From the human T2T-CHM13v2.0 reference genome, Homo sapiens, in NCBI RefSeq assembly GCF_009914755.1, contig NC_060931.1: 64,000 nucleotides of DNA. The stretch is one strand, 5' to 3'. Positions within the stretch are counted from its first letter, which is position 1. The number at the start of each line of letters is the position of its first letter. The translations under genes and the position numbers were made by a program. Shown here in pieces: positions 13,497-28,232 of the stretch. Under the pieces are notes generated by a model. That model ran no database searches. It saw only the letters and a list, made by a program, of their open reading frames with translations, and had not been told where the DNA came from.

Positions 13497-14593
13497 CCTG
13501 CTGTCTGCTGAGCCATATCCCCAGGAGAAGGACCCTGGTTGCTGGCTGGCCCCAGTCAGTGGGGAGACAGCATGGCATGACTTGGTGAGAGAGAAAAATG
13601 TGGTGGGTCAGGTGCCCTCTGGGGACTTCATGGCCTACTGAAGAGCTGAGCAGTTCCCAGGAGCATTACACTGACCACTGACGGGGTGTAGGGTGCATTA
13701 CCTGACAAGAATGTGTCTGTGGAAAGGGATGGGAGCAGCTCTGGAGTTGAACTAATTCTGCTTCAAACTTAGCTGTTCTCTCCTTGATTTTCAGACTGTA
13801 CAATATTTTTCCAGATATATAAGCATATAACTTTCTTTACCTCACGTAAAAATTGATCCCTCTGTTAATGTTTTGGGGATGCAGGACTCAGGAGTATAAA
13901 ACATGGACAGTATTTTACAATTTTAAAAAAGGCAAACTGAAATTTTACACTAGCATTATTCATACCTCATTTAAAAAGCTATAGTCATTTCTGTTTGAAA
14001 TACAGTAAAGTATTTGGTTTATAATTAATTGGGATGTCACAATGCAGATTATAACTCAGAGAAATCCAATTTCACTTATAAAGAGGGTGCACCTCAAGAG
14101 GAAACTTGATTGAAATTGCTGGAGGGACCGACAGGGCAGTCTGTGGGAACTCACCTTGGACTTCAGAACTATCTCATGAACACTATGTCACAGAGAGGGG
14201 TGTTTTTAAATAAAGTTCATTTTTATGTGTAATCATAAGCCTTTAAAATTAACGTTATATCAAACATCTATTGTAGACTTGCTAACATTGTTCTAAACGT
14301 TTTCTTCCATTACTTCCTTCACACTTCTCACCAGCGTTGAGAGGCAGTGGTATTATTATCTCTCTCTGATAGACAAGAACAGTGTGGCACGCATGACGTC
14401 CCAGATCACAAAGTTGGTAAACATGGGAGCTTGGATAACTACCCAATCCTCACTGAAGAAAACCTGACCAAATGTTGCAAAATGATGAAAATATTTTGAG
14501 AAGACTCTAGTAGAACATTAATTAGTTAATTAAAATAAAGAAAATAAGAGCAATCAGAATTTACTTTTAAGCATGTTCTCTACACATTTGTAG

Positions 14594-14933
<340 letters not shown>

Positions 14934-15291
14934 ATGATTAAACGTTTTTTAATGGGTTTTACATTTACAGTTTTATATTCTGATCTTTTAATTTTATATT
15001 TAAAAATATATCAGGTCCTTCAAAAGCTCATCTGAATATTACTATTAATGACCTATGACAATATGCACCCTTCTAGACTACTTACCCTATCTAACATCAG
15101 CTGAGTTATTTGAAATCTTTAGGTCTCAGTTCTACATCTATAAGTGCCTAAATGGCTTCCAGAGACTTAAGAAATTTACATGATCACATAATAATGATAA
15201 TGAACATGAAGTATAGATAACAGTACCTGTCACGTACCTAGATATGGAAAACCCAAATTTCTTATGTTTTTATATTGAAAAGTCAATCGGT

Positions 15292-15599
<308 letters not shown>

Positions 15600-16000
15600 T
15601 CATTTGGTACTTTATTGGCATTTTACTTGTTCTCTGAATACACCTAATCACTGGAACCCTGGGCACAAGTTTCAGCACACGGTAGTAATGTGTGTCAGTT
15701 ACTGTTCCATGATGGTCAGTTCTGTCTCCTCCATGGGGACAGGAACAATGTGTCTTTTCTTTTATACTCCTGTGATTCAGAAGCAGTTTAGTGTCATATT
15801 CAAGAGGAACCAGATTACCTGGGTCCCTCCCTAGGCTGTCCTGCCACCTATCAGCTCTGTGATTTGGACAAGTGCATGAACTAATACTCCACTTATTTCA
15901 GGAGTTAGATATGTTTGATGAGAACAACAGAGCAGACACTATAGGTAGTGTGGGTTAAAGGAGCTAATATATGCAAAGAATTGAGAACACTGTAGAGAAC

Positions 16001-16002
<2 letters not shown>

Positions 16003-16042
<40 letters not shown>
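16003..16042. repeat. (AC)20 microsatellite
   Basis: Read directly from the sequence. Confidence 0.95.
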
Positions 16043-16044
<2 letters not shown>

Positions 16045-16714
16045 TACAATTCTCTCTTCCTTTACAGGTAAGACCAAAGGTTATTCCAACATGAAGGGTC
16101 TCATCCAATGGCCCCTGGGATGACTTGGAGCTCTATTCTGACGATCTCATGCAGGCAAATTCTCCTCCCTACCCCTCCCAGAAAAAAGGGCACTTACTCC
16201 TTCCCGAATTTATCCCAGATATCCTAGCATTTACTTAGAGAATTGCAATCCTTAAACTGTTCGGTGTGGTCTCATAGACCAGCTCAAAGACATGACTTGT
16301 CTGGCAGATCATGCAACCTCAGTTCTCTAAGCTTTCATTTCTTTCATTGTAAACTGGGCCAGTGATAGTTATATTGCAGGGGGGTTGTCTTGACTGTACG
16401 TAATAAGGATCCCTGTCTCAACTGCACCTTGCTACTTACTGGAAGTCTCTAGGTGGTGATATGATGGACAGTGGCACGACCTATGTTCTCTCAGTCCCCA
16501 GACAAGTCTTTAATGCATTAAGAAACAGTGTCAAATAAAGATTCTGGAGCACAAGTCCTGGGATCAGGTGGGAACGAAGGTATAACCCATAACAGCTTCC
16601 TGGAAAGCCCCGGAAGAGCCTCAGAGAAGGCGAGCCTGAGTCTGGGAGCCCAGCTGGGGACTGGCTGTGGTTGCCCCTGTTGGGAAGGATGTGGTGGGCA
16701 CAGACCCTGGGAGG

Positions 16715-16753
16715 GGATTTTGTGCATGTTGTTTCAACAGTTCTAGTATGGTG
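16715..16753 (-). other. TRGV10 23-RSS
   Basis: CACCATA (16753-16747), 23 bp, ACAAAATCC (16723-16715). Confidence 0.9.
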
Positions 16754-17223
16754 TAATCCCACGCAGCACAGTAGTAAACGGCCATGTCTTCTTTCTCTAC
16801 GGACTTGATGGTAAGGATTGAAGTGAGAGTTTGAGAATTCTTTCTTGCCTCCACTTTGTTGCTTGTCTTACCCATGCTGCGTCGAGCTGCGGATTTTGTT
16901 GAGACAATATAGATCAGGTGCTCCAAAGCCTGATTTGGTTTCTGCCGGTACCAGTGAATGACATCTGTTTCAAACCTTGTGCTCGATATCTTGCAAGGTA
17001 TGTCAATACTTTTCTTGACTTCCGTGGAAATGGATAGCTGGAACTGCTCCACTTTTGATAATCCAAGTCCAACTGTAAGTAAAAGAGGAGAATTTCCAAT
17101 GAACATCTGACAGTAGAAGAGGGAAACATTGAAGAATGATTTTGGTCACGCAGCTAGACTGAAATGTTCGGACAGCAACTCAGGAGCCCAGGAGGAGAAG
17201 GCAAATGCTTCCAGCAGTGACAT
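16754..17223 (-). CDS. TRGV10: T cell receptor gamma variable 10 (non-functional ORF); leader 17223-17184, V exon 17072-16754
   Basis: Leader MSLLEAFAFSSWA is followed by CTGAGT instead of GTGAGT. Intact V exon LSKVEQFQLSISTEVKKSIDIPCKISS...YYCAAWD. Confidence 0.96.
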
Positions 17224-17914
17224 CCTGTCTTCGGGGCGGTGTACCCAAGGAGAAGGCAGGAAAGTGCGGACCTGGTGGCTAGACGACTCTGGTCAGGTTC
17301 TGGAGGGTGTGGCCTGAACTGGGGAGAGAAAGAAAATGGTTTTTTGGGCCCTTCAGTGCCTCCTGCAGGCTCAGCACTGAGCCCCCCTCCTGCTCACCCT
17401 GCTTATCTCAAATCAGGCTAGCAATCTCGATGGTGTTCTCTGCACGAATGTGAGGGGGCCATGGGGGTTGCTTAATTTCTGTGGAAATGAGAAGGATTTC
17501 TAATTGCCTAGGAGTTGTTCGTGAACACTTTTCCTCAGCATAATATTTTAAATTGTTGCATATTTAATAAACATTAACTTTTATAATAGCAAATACTTAT
17601 TGAGCATTTTCTATTTGCTAGCCTTTTTTTTTCTAAACGTTTTTCACCTTCTAATCTTCACAATGATCACTTAATATGGGTACTTGGAATTTTCATTTTT
17701 TGGATGAGGGAATGAGGCACAGAGTCATCAACTCCACAGAAGTCACACAGCTGATAGGTAGAACATGCTGGTAACAGTGCTCATTGAAGAAACTCAGAGC
17801 AATGGGGAAAGATAACAATAAAAACATCTATGGTCATATCACAAAGGCCCACTACTATTCACATTATCATATGCTCACTTGTAGATATTTTCATTTTGGA
17901 TACATGAATATTAA

Positions 17915-18317
<403 letters not shown>

Positions 18318-18574
18318 AAACATGTTTTAATGTCTAACTGTTCATCTTTATCACATAGGGGCTGTCTGACCCTGTGCAAACTTCTTAATCTCTTTGTGCC
18401 TCAAATCTCTCATCTGAAAATGGATACAATAATAACACTGGTATTAAAATTTTATGCAGACTAAATAGCTAAGTACACCTAGTATAGTTCCTGACATATA
18501 GTAAATTTTCAGTAATTATTAGATATTATTACTACTACTCCTACCACTACATTTTTATCTCCCCTCTACTTCTT

Positions 18575-18735
18575 ATTTTTATTTTTGTAGAGATAGGGTC
18601 TTGCTATGTTGGCCAGGCTGGAGTGCAGTGGTGTGATCATGGCTCACTGCAGCCTTGAATTCCTGGGCTCAAGCCACCCTCCTGCCTCAGCCTCTTGAGT
18701 AGCTAGGACAACAGGCATGCACCACAATGCACAGT
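18575..18735 (-). mobile_element. Alu monomer (FAM/FRAM-like)
   Basis: Single Alu arm only. Confidence 0.75.
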
Positions 18736-19428
18736 TTCCCTCCACTTCCAGCCATTTAATTTCCCCAACAGCTTTCATTGTTAAAATGCTTTGCTGACTG
18801 TTTTGAAGTAGTAACCTGGCTAAATCAAGGGAAAACAGTCAAATATTGTTAGTACTTCATTTTTCCACATTACAGAACTTCTCTTTTCCTCCATTCAGCT
18901 CCATTTTATGATTTCCATGTGGCTTTCTTGGAGATCTTCTGGTGCCTCAGGGCTCCCTTAACCTTGGACAGTGGTTGTCCCTGTCACTTTTGTCCAGCTC
19001 TGGCTCGTGTTTTGTGGGACAGGTATGAACTCCGACAGCTTGGGTCCTCCCTAGGAGACAGGAGAGGAAGCAGCTGGCTCGGATGGCTCCTCCTAAAGCA
19101 GTTGCCCTGTTCACCCTCTTTTCTGAAAAATACTGTTTTTGAGACACTCAATGCTGGGGAGTCGAATATTGAGGAGGTGGAGGTCAGCAGACCAATGGGC
19201 CTGTGGCTACAACTAGAAGGACTCACTCTTCCCCTGCACAGGATGTGTCCTGGGAATGGGAAGTAGGAGAGAGCGCCCATGCTGCAGATTGAGCCAGTCT
19301 GCAGGGCCCGGCTTAGAGCCCTGGTGCTGCCACAGCCAGGGCAGCCACGGCCACGCTGGAACTCACTAGGCACCCTGTACACTCCATCCCTGCCAGACAG
19401 TTCCTTCCAGACCCTGCAACTCCAGCAG

Positions 19429-19430
<2 letters not shown>

Positions 19431-19472
<42 letters not shown>
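19431..19472. repeat. (GT)21 microsatellite
   Basis: Read directly from the sequence. Confidence 0.95.
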
Positions 19473-19475
<3 letters not shown>

Positions 19476-22400
19476 GGAGGGGTTGTGAGGAGTGTATCTA
19501 ATTGCTGGAGTCCATAGTCTACCTGACTACCTGGAATAAAGGCTGAGAAAATGCATCAGGCATTCTTCTTTTCTGTAGAGGGAGATGAATTCATTCACTC
19601 ACCAAAACCCATGAGGTGAAAATTCCCTAAACACAGGAAAGCGTTACTAGGAGTCAAGAAGAAAGACAAATGGACACTTTTAAGACACTTTTTTGTTTGG
19701 TTTTTTATTTGTTTTTTCAAACAAATAAAGTGAACAAAGGCAGAATTTATATTATTGAAAACATTGTCAGAAAACAGATACTCACTTTTCATAATATTAA
19801 TAGTTTGCATTAATTGAAGGCATTGACTGTAGCAGGCTCTGTGCTGCAAGCAACTTTTTCCATTATCTATTAAATGAGGATTCTTATTATTGTTCCCATT
19901 TTCTAGGTGGGAAAATAGAAGCTTTGACCTAGCAGGCATTTTATTCAAGATCAAGGCATTTTTACAGAGCAGGCATTTTGTTCAAGTATGCACTTTGTTC
20001 TGGCAGGAGTTAAGTGACAGGACAGTAATTTGCGACAGAGGGTCTAACTCTAGAACTTGTGTGCTTAATGAAACCTTTTATTTCTCCCAAATATATCAAT
20101 TATACAGATATATGTATACACAAACATATATATGTACATAATGTACTTGTGCATGAATAAATTTATTCTTCTTTTCTGTTGCAGATATAAATATTTCTGA
20201 TTGTGCCATTTTGATTACCCAACTAGGAAAAGAGAGAGAGAGACAGAGAATAACATAGGCTTTTGAATGAACACCTGAAATATCAAAAGAGCACATTAAA
20301 TTCTTTTTTAAAAGTTTCTCACATAATTTGAGCAAAGAGAAAAGCAATCTCAATAGCTCAGAGGAAATTGCAGAAGATTGCTGGTAACCAGGCATCTTGT
20401 CTACCCAGTCTTTGCCTCCGAGGACAGGCCAGAGGCTTCAGGTCAGTGTCAGGTGTGTGTGATTGTTGGTGTTAGGAAAGGAGGTAAATGGTTCAAGCAG
20501 GGACTGCCATTCCATGCCACTCATGAGGTTTCAGATATGTCTGGATAACATTAGCCAGGCTGCAACAACAACAAACCCACCAGTTCATTTATAAATAATT
20601 AGATAGATAAACAACAGGAAGATAGAGATAGAGACAGAGAAGAGATGGAGGTGAAGGTGGAGGTGGAGGCGGAGGTAGAGATAAGTGTATCTAGTGAAGA
20701 TTGCAATATCAGCAATGTCCCTGAGGGAAACTTTTCCTTAATTAATTATCCAAACCATTTCACACAAGGGAATGTAGACAAAAGTGAAATTAAATAACAA
20801 ATACTGGTAATGAGTACTTACTTGAGACCTTTCTCTACTCTAGGTTTGATGCTCAGCATTTTGTATTTATTATCTCAACTAATCCTCACAAGCGTCACTG
20901 GAGTGGGCACTACCATCTCTGCAACACAGAGAGTCAAAGCTGTGTCTTCACAGTCAAAGCTGAAGATGCTCAGGTTGACTCAAGCCCTCTGACTCCAGAG
21001 TCTGCGCTCCTTGACTTCACACCATGGTGTCACTTGTGCGAATGACTTTTTTTTCATGACTTTTTTTTCATCAGTTTTTCTCAAGGCTCTGGAATGTAAT
21101 GTCTGGTGGCTGAATTCAAACATTATTTTCATTAGTTCTTTAATGATTATTTTTGTGTAAACTAATTTTGTGTTTCCATGGGGTTAGGAAGCTTCATAGA
21201 TTCAATTTATTTAAATTGAATCTATCTTGTCTGTGTGGTTCTATCACGAATTACCTCCTAAACAGCACCCCCACTCTGCAGAGCACAAATAAGGCTTCCT
21301 TTTACTAATTAACAAAAGGCATGCCCTTAGGCAGAATAATTAGACAAAGACACCTTTCTCCAGCATGTCACAGCCCAACTCCACAGTGTGCAGGGGGTGG
21401 GTGTAAGATGGGATTTTTGGCTCCCACGGGCGCCCCTCACCCAAGTGACTTTGAGCAGGGCACAGCCACCCAGCTAACTTTGAACAGGGCACAGTGGTGG
21501 AACACGCACACGCTATCATTCAACGCAGAGGGGAATGTACACAACCTATACCTGTCGTCTCTTGCTCGTTCTGATATTGTGGGGAGGCACTAAACTTACC
21601 AACTTAAAATAGTTTCCACCAGGTTAGAGCAGCCTCTTTCAGACGGGCTCGGTCTCTTTGTGGTGCCTGCTTAGGCTTTTCTGCGTTTCTCTGTCTTCCT
21701 CCTTCTCATCCCCAGGATGACATCTCTACACAGGGGCAGGGTGTGTGAGTGAGTTCTCAGAGGTGTCTTCCTGCTACTCTCTGCATCCTCGACAACTTCC
21801 AGCATTTTGCCCTGCTGATCTCGGGGATTTCACTCTTCCTCTGAACCGGCTGATGTAAAAAACCAGACTGAACTTGCCACTATTGACTCCACACCATGCC
21901 CTTGGGGTGCAAAGTTCCCTTCCTGCAGCTTCTCATCCAAATCCCAGGTGCTGTGCCCTCCGGCCCCCTCAGTAGCTTTGTATCCTCTCAGAGACCCTGA
22001 GAAGCATCTGGGCCTTCTACATGGACAGCCTGTGTGGAAAGGGGTGCTGGTTTGGGCTCACCTTTGCAAATGCCTTCCACTGTTGATGAAGTTCTACCAG
22101 GGCCGTATTAGGGAAGCTTGACAGGAGACAGACACTCGCAGATTCTCCTTCTTCTATCTTGAGTTTCTGTTGGGCTTTCTATCCCCTCTGGCATAAGGCC
22201 CTCAGACGCAAGGGAACCGGGAAGTACCTCCACGTAATGCTCTACTCCGCTCTCTCCCCCCACCGGCTCGCACTTCCCAGCCAGAAGGAACAGCGCTTCT
22301 CCCTGGGAGGGTGTTAACGTCACCGATATCATATGCTGAGTCTTCATATCTAGCAGCTGTAATAAAATTCTGTGTTGTTACTTTGCCAGTGTGGCCTTTT

Positions 22401-22505
22401 GACCTATGAATGAGAGAATCACAACTATAGAAAACTCTTTAAAAAAAAAATTGAACCTGATTTTCAAGCCCAACATCTCACAATTAATTCAAAAAGTGAG
22501 TTTGT

Positions 22506-22716
22506 GGCAGGCTGTGGTGGCTCACGCCTGTAATCCCAGCACTTTAGGAGGCTGAGGCGGGCGTATCACGAGGTCAGGAGATTGAGACCATCCTGGCTAA
22601 CACGGTGAAACCCCGTCTCTGCTAAAAAAAATACAAAAAAAAAAAAATTAGCCAGGCGTGGTGGCGGGCGCCTGTGCGCTGCACTCTAGCCTGGGCGACA
22701 GAGTAACACTTCATCT

Positions 22717-22751
<35 letters not shown>
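22506..22751 (+). mobile_element. AluY with internally deleted right arm and A34 tail
   Basis: GGCGGGCGCCTGT joins directly to GCGCTGCACTCTAGCC. TSD core TGAGTTTGT. Confidence 0.88.
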
Positions 22752-22755
<4 letters not shown>

Positions 22756-23253
22756 AGTTTGTTCTGGGCAACTACCATCTCTTTCTATGGGTAGTAAATA
22801 TCATGGATTAGCTATAATAAAGAAAGGACAAAAGGTGTCATGATTTATTTTAGAGAATAAAAATATGTTGGCCACATTTCCAAAACATGATCCTCATTAC
22901 ACATTTTGATCATTTACTTAAGTCTGGGCTGTGAGGTTTTGATCCCTCTCCAGGTATCCCACCCATGATATTATCTGCTAAAGCAAGTTCACAAGAACAG
23001 AGAGGGTTTTCTGTTTTCTTAGCCTTTTCCCCTCCAGTGAGAAGAAGGGTCCTAAGGCAGAATGCCGGTGGGGAGCAGGGTGGGGGTGGGGTGGGAGGTG
23101 GGAACTCTTCCAAATGTGTGTTCAGCATGACCCTTTAGCCATGGCTTCTTGAGTCACTGCCCATTCTGTCTTGACCTAGCTCTGCAGGACTAGGCAGTAA
23201 GTCCTGGCCAGCGCATAATTACCCACAAATGCCACAGTTCATTCCTATAAAGT

Positions 23254-23561
<308 letters not shown>

Positions 23562-24169
23562 TAAGTTAATAAACCCAAAGGGTATTCAAAGTGGCCCAAT
23601 AGTGCACTTGAAAGAGCATGAACTATTTGTTTGGACAGATAACTGCCCCTGTCTAAACATCAGTTATTTCTTTCATGAATAAGTTTATTTACCAGGTTCT
23701 TATGACAATCACCTGAAATTCTGAATATGTAGAACATCTATCCCATTTTCTGGCAGCCAGTGGGAACTGAGTGGATATGAATTCCATCTTGTTCCTTGCT
23801 GGCATCTTCACCCTGAGCATTTCACCATGACTAGAAGTTTCTAAGAAATGATATAATGGACCTTGCTTTCTCTCTGAAATAATCATGCAGTTTCAACAAA
23901 CATAGTCTCTAAATAGGAACCTAAGTCAATAGGAAATGATGTCAAATCAGACACTTGGGGGTATAGGTACTGGCATTTGTGGGGTGAAATTGATAGTCAT
24001 CAGACTCCCTTTCTGGTTTCCTGTGATCACAGAGGCATCATCTGAGGAACACAGGAAGTGCTGCAAGCTGAGGCTGAGGCCTAGCTGGGGCAGAGGGCTG
24101 GACGAGGCTCTTCCACATTGGGAAGGATGTGGTCGCAGACATGATAATGGGGCAAGTGCCCATTACCTC

Positions 24170-24668
24170 AGCTCCAATGTCATGCTAGTTTCCTGGGGGC
24201 CATTATATTGGGTCATCATGTCTTTCTATTTTTCTAGGAATTTTATATTAAGAACTAAAGGGAAGTAGACAGAATTTTATATAGAGAATTTATATACAGA
24301 ATTTTATATATGGTTGCAGCTCTTTGCCTGTAATTGACCTGGAACAGGGTTTTTTTCCAAGTAAATATCAAATCCTCAAAAGCCTGATTTGGTGTTGGTC
24401 AGTACCTGAGTGTGTATGAAAAGTTCTATCTAAATACCCTACAGTGAAAATATATGCTTCATTTCTGCTAATGAAATAAAGATTTTTACTTGCTTCAATT
24501 GTTTTTACCCAATTTCAATTAGAAACAAAATAGCATTTTCAATGAAACCAAAGTTATCAAGAAATGAGACATTCATTTTCAAAAAAATCCCTCAGCCAAT
24601 CTGAGAAGTAGGAGAACAAGTTCACATTCCCAGAGTGAAGAACAGGTGCATATCTGTAGCTGTGACGT
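24170..24668 (-). pseudogene. Degenerate TRGV relic C (TRGV10/VB-like) between TRGV10 and TRGV9
   Basis: Exact 43-nt leader at 24668-24626 starts ACG (ATG lost) and has a GTGAAC donor. 107-bp intron with AA acceptor before 24518. Peptides EIG*KQLKQVKIFIS, PNQAFEDLIF (15-nt identity AAAGCCTGATTTGGT with TRGV10) and LNIKFLEK. V10-like 3' flank at 24050-24140. No recognisable RSS. Confidence 0.8.
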
Positions 24669-25409
24669 CCCGTCTGCTCAGGCTGAGTGCCTGAGACAAG
24701 GCTGAGGAAATAGGGAACCTGGAGCAGGAGAAGCTGCACCAGGATGAGGAAGGGGAACCTCAAAGAGTGTTCACAGAGAAAATGGGTGTCCTTAGGCCCT
24801 GCGCCCAGATCAGTCATTTCTGAGGTTGCTGATTGGTCAGGATCACATGGGAACTTTACCCATAGCTGTATGACACCATGATAATCAGTCCATTTGCCAG
24901 GGTAAAAGTTATTCACCTTGTTATCTTGCTGACTCTTAGAAACTTTTAGAAAGATTCTTTTTCATTATTATTATTTCATCATGATTATCTAACTGATTTC
25001 AGGGGAGAGTTGGTCCAAGTTACCACGTGTGCTATGATCTGAAGCCACCTGTCCACTTTTCCAGGTGAGAGTCCTCACTGGTTTATCTGGCCACCAAACG
25101 CTCACGGCACAGACCCAACACTTCCATGACCCACACACAGGGCTCTGCTCTGGACCCATGGTGGATGTAGGACCTGAGAGTCCTATTTGGTGTGGAAGTA
25201 GAAGAGCTACCTCATCACCTCCTCACTGGGAGAGGAGGGGGTTTCCAGGGAAATCCCAACAGTGCTTTTCAGAGAAAGTCTTTGCAAAATTAGAGTCCCC
25301 AGGAAAGCTCTTACTGTAATTAGCCTGGATATAGCTCATGAGCCAAAGGTTGGAGTCATCAGTTTTGTCTACCTCTTAGCAAGTCTTTGAGAAATATGGC
25401 CCACTACCC

Positions 25410-25620
25410 CAGGGTTTCTCAGCCTCTTCATTATTGACATTTTGGGCTGGATAATTCTTTGTTGTGGGGCTGTCCTGTGCATTGTAGGATGTTTAGTAAC
25501 ACTTCTGGCCTCTACTCACTAGATACCAGTAGCATTCTCACTCTGTTTGTGACAGTAAAAAATGTCTCAGACATTACCAATGTCCGCTGGAGAGGGGCTT
25601 GCCCTCCACTGTGAATCTCT
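25410..25620. mobile_element. MER20 DNA transposon
   Basis: Contains TGACATTTTGGGCTGGATAATTCTTTGTTGTGGGGCTGTCCTGTGCATTGTAGGATGTTTAG, typical of MER20. Confidence 0.85.
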
Positions 25621-28232
25621 GGTTTTGTCCCCTTCTTTTGTATTACTACCATTCTCCTGAGCTTAGAGTGTCAGCGGAGATTGGGACAAAATGAAACTCC
25701 CACTGAATATCCAGTATGTAAAAATTCTCATCATTTAATGAGCAATATCACTTAATCTTCTTTGCCACCATCTATTTTCTTGAGGAATTGGAGTGGATAT
25801 TACAACAAATACCTCTATCACTCAGCATATAGCACTGCAGCTTTGCTAGACCACTTGTTACCTGCTACTTTCATATAACACATGCAAGATTTCATTTTTG
25901 TTAAGTCAAAGTCATAAGTTGTAGGGATTGTTAAAGCCCCTTATTTCATCAAGAAGGATGCCTTCCCTATAGTGGGAGCTCCATAAATATTGACTATCCT
26001 TAGGAGATAATTCATATGAGAAATCATATTAGAATGAATGAAAATGTGTTTAAAAAAAAACTATAACTCTTTACTTTGTTATGGTGTCTACAATTTCCAA
26101 AACTCTTTTACAAACATTGGCTTATTTAATCCAAACGATATTTTGAGGCAGGAAGGGATTCCCCATGGGGAAGAGGGGGTAATGTAAGGCCTCTCAGCTA
26201 GTAAATGGTAGAGCTGGAACTAAAACCTATTTCTTCAATGCCAAGCAAATCCACGTAGTGTGCTATACAGGCGAGCATGCAATCATTCAGTCCTGCTTTT
26301 AATTCCAGTTCAGCCTGCTGTTAGCTTGACTTGTTGCTATCTGACACCCAGTGCCCTCAACTATGAAAATGAAATTGAAATCCCTATCTACCAGCATTGG
26401 CTTAGATAGGTGCATAATACGCCTGGAATAAAGTGGGAGCTCAGTGGGTTCCACATCTTTCACCTCCTTCCTCTCTACTCTGCCTCCTTGTTGGAGCAGG
26501 ATGAGCACAGAGCTACTGTTAGGAGGCCTAGTTTGGCTTTGGGGTATGCTCTTTTTCTTAGGATTTTAGTTCCTTGACTTGAATGACAATAAATAACATC
26601 TCTAGACAGAGGAATTCCCCATCATGAGGTGTGGTGGGGCTCTCAGCATTGCCCTTTAAGTGGAGGCTTTTTGTGGTGGGGCCTCACGACCAGTCGTCGG
26701 GCTGCTGCACCCATCCTCTTCCCCCAGAGAGGTTCCCCACATCCACGCCCCACCTCGCAGCAAACATGGGCAAGGAGGGAACTGGCTGCAAATGTCCCAT
26801 TTATCCTGTACCTGAGGAGGTGGTAAAAATTAATTCACTGAAGAGTTTGATTTAAAAAAATGAAGTTCTATAAATAACAACATATCTATAAATTTGGGAT
26901 GCTTTTTCCTAAAATATGTCCTTTCGATATTAGAAAATGTGATGATGACAAAAGCTAGTTTTTACTGTTGCAACCAGACTGTGACAAAAATGAACTTTCT
27001 CCTTTTCTTGTTTGGCAAGACTTTACTTGAATCTTCAGGCTCTATGAAGCCTTCCCAGTGATCCATTAACTTCTTCCTTCTCAGAACATTTATCTATGTC
27101 ATGGAATCAAGGACTCATTAGTTTCATTTTTTCCTTTGAAGAACAAGTGAATGGTATAGTGGTATTCTTATTGATATTCACTCAAAAGAGTCGGGCTGTT
27201 TGATTGCTGCATTATGTTTCATCCAGCAAACTGGAAGTCTTCCTGCTTCAACCTTTTTCTTTAAAGGACCAAATTCCCAACTTGGGTACGCTTACAGGAA
27301 CACATTCCACATCCTTGTGAATATACAGAGAAGTCTGAGCCCCTCTTCCCTCCCTTGTCATTTATTCCAGTTCTTGCTGGGTGAGTGTGGTGTGGTGGGA
27401 AGAGAGTAAGTCTTATGGACCGTCACACTTGCTCTACATCCCTTCTCTGCTACTAGTGATGCCTGCATGATTTTGGAGGCTACAGAGTCTCTCTGAATCT
27501 CTGGTTCCTCCTCTGAGAAAGGAGATGACAATATTTAAGTGAGAAAAGCATGTAAAGTTCCCAGCCTGACACTGACTTGGCCCTCTGCCCATCCAGGCTC
27601 TCCCTGGGCAGCCAGGCAGGAAGCAGAACATGATGTGGCCATCTCAGGCCAGGCTGCAGTTGGGTCTCAGCCTTTCCACCCTTTCCCATCCACCTTTGGA
27701 TAACATTTCTGTGCTCCCCAGCGGACTGAGGGTAAGGGAGTGCAGCGGAAAGGTGATAATCAGGGGGAATATCTCTGTGTTCCATCTCGCTGCTTTTCTG
27801 TTGCTCAATAAACACAGTTTTGGTTATGCTTTTTTTTCTTGTTAAAAAAAGAAAAAAATCTTAGAAGCCAGAAGTCAGAAAAACTTGATTGCATAAGAAA
27901 ATTCTCTGTAGAGAATTCTCTACAGATTGTCTGTAAGTAAACACCGTTAGCATCAATTTAACTAACTTCATGTGACCCTGGGGAAAGGAGCTTAAGGCCG
28001 CAAATGAAAAAAAAAAAAACTCATAAAACGAATTATAAATTTTTTTATTTCCCCCTGAAATGTCTCTATTTAAAAGTTCGTGTTTGGTTTTGTTTTTCTC
28101 ATCACTGTAGGAGATCAAGGCAATAGATTTTGTAGTCAGACAGACCTGGATTCAGATCCCAGCCTCGCTGCTTACTATCAAGTATCTTAATTTATCAAAG
28201 TCTCAAATCTGTACTTAGAAAATATCTATAAA

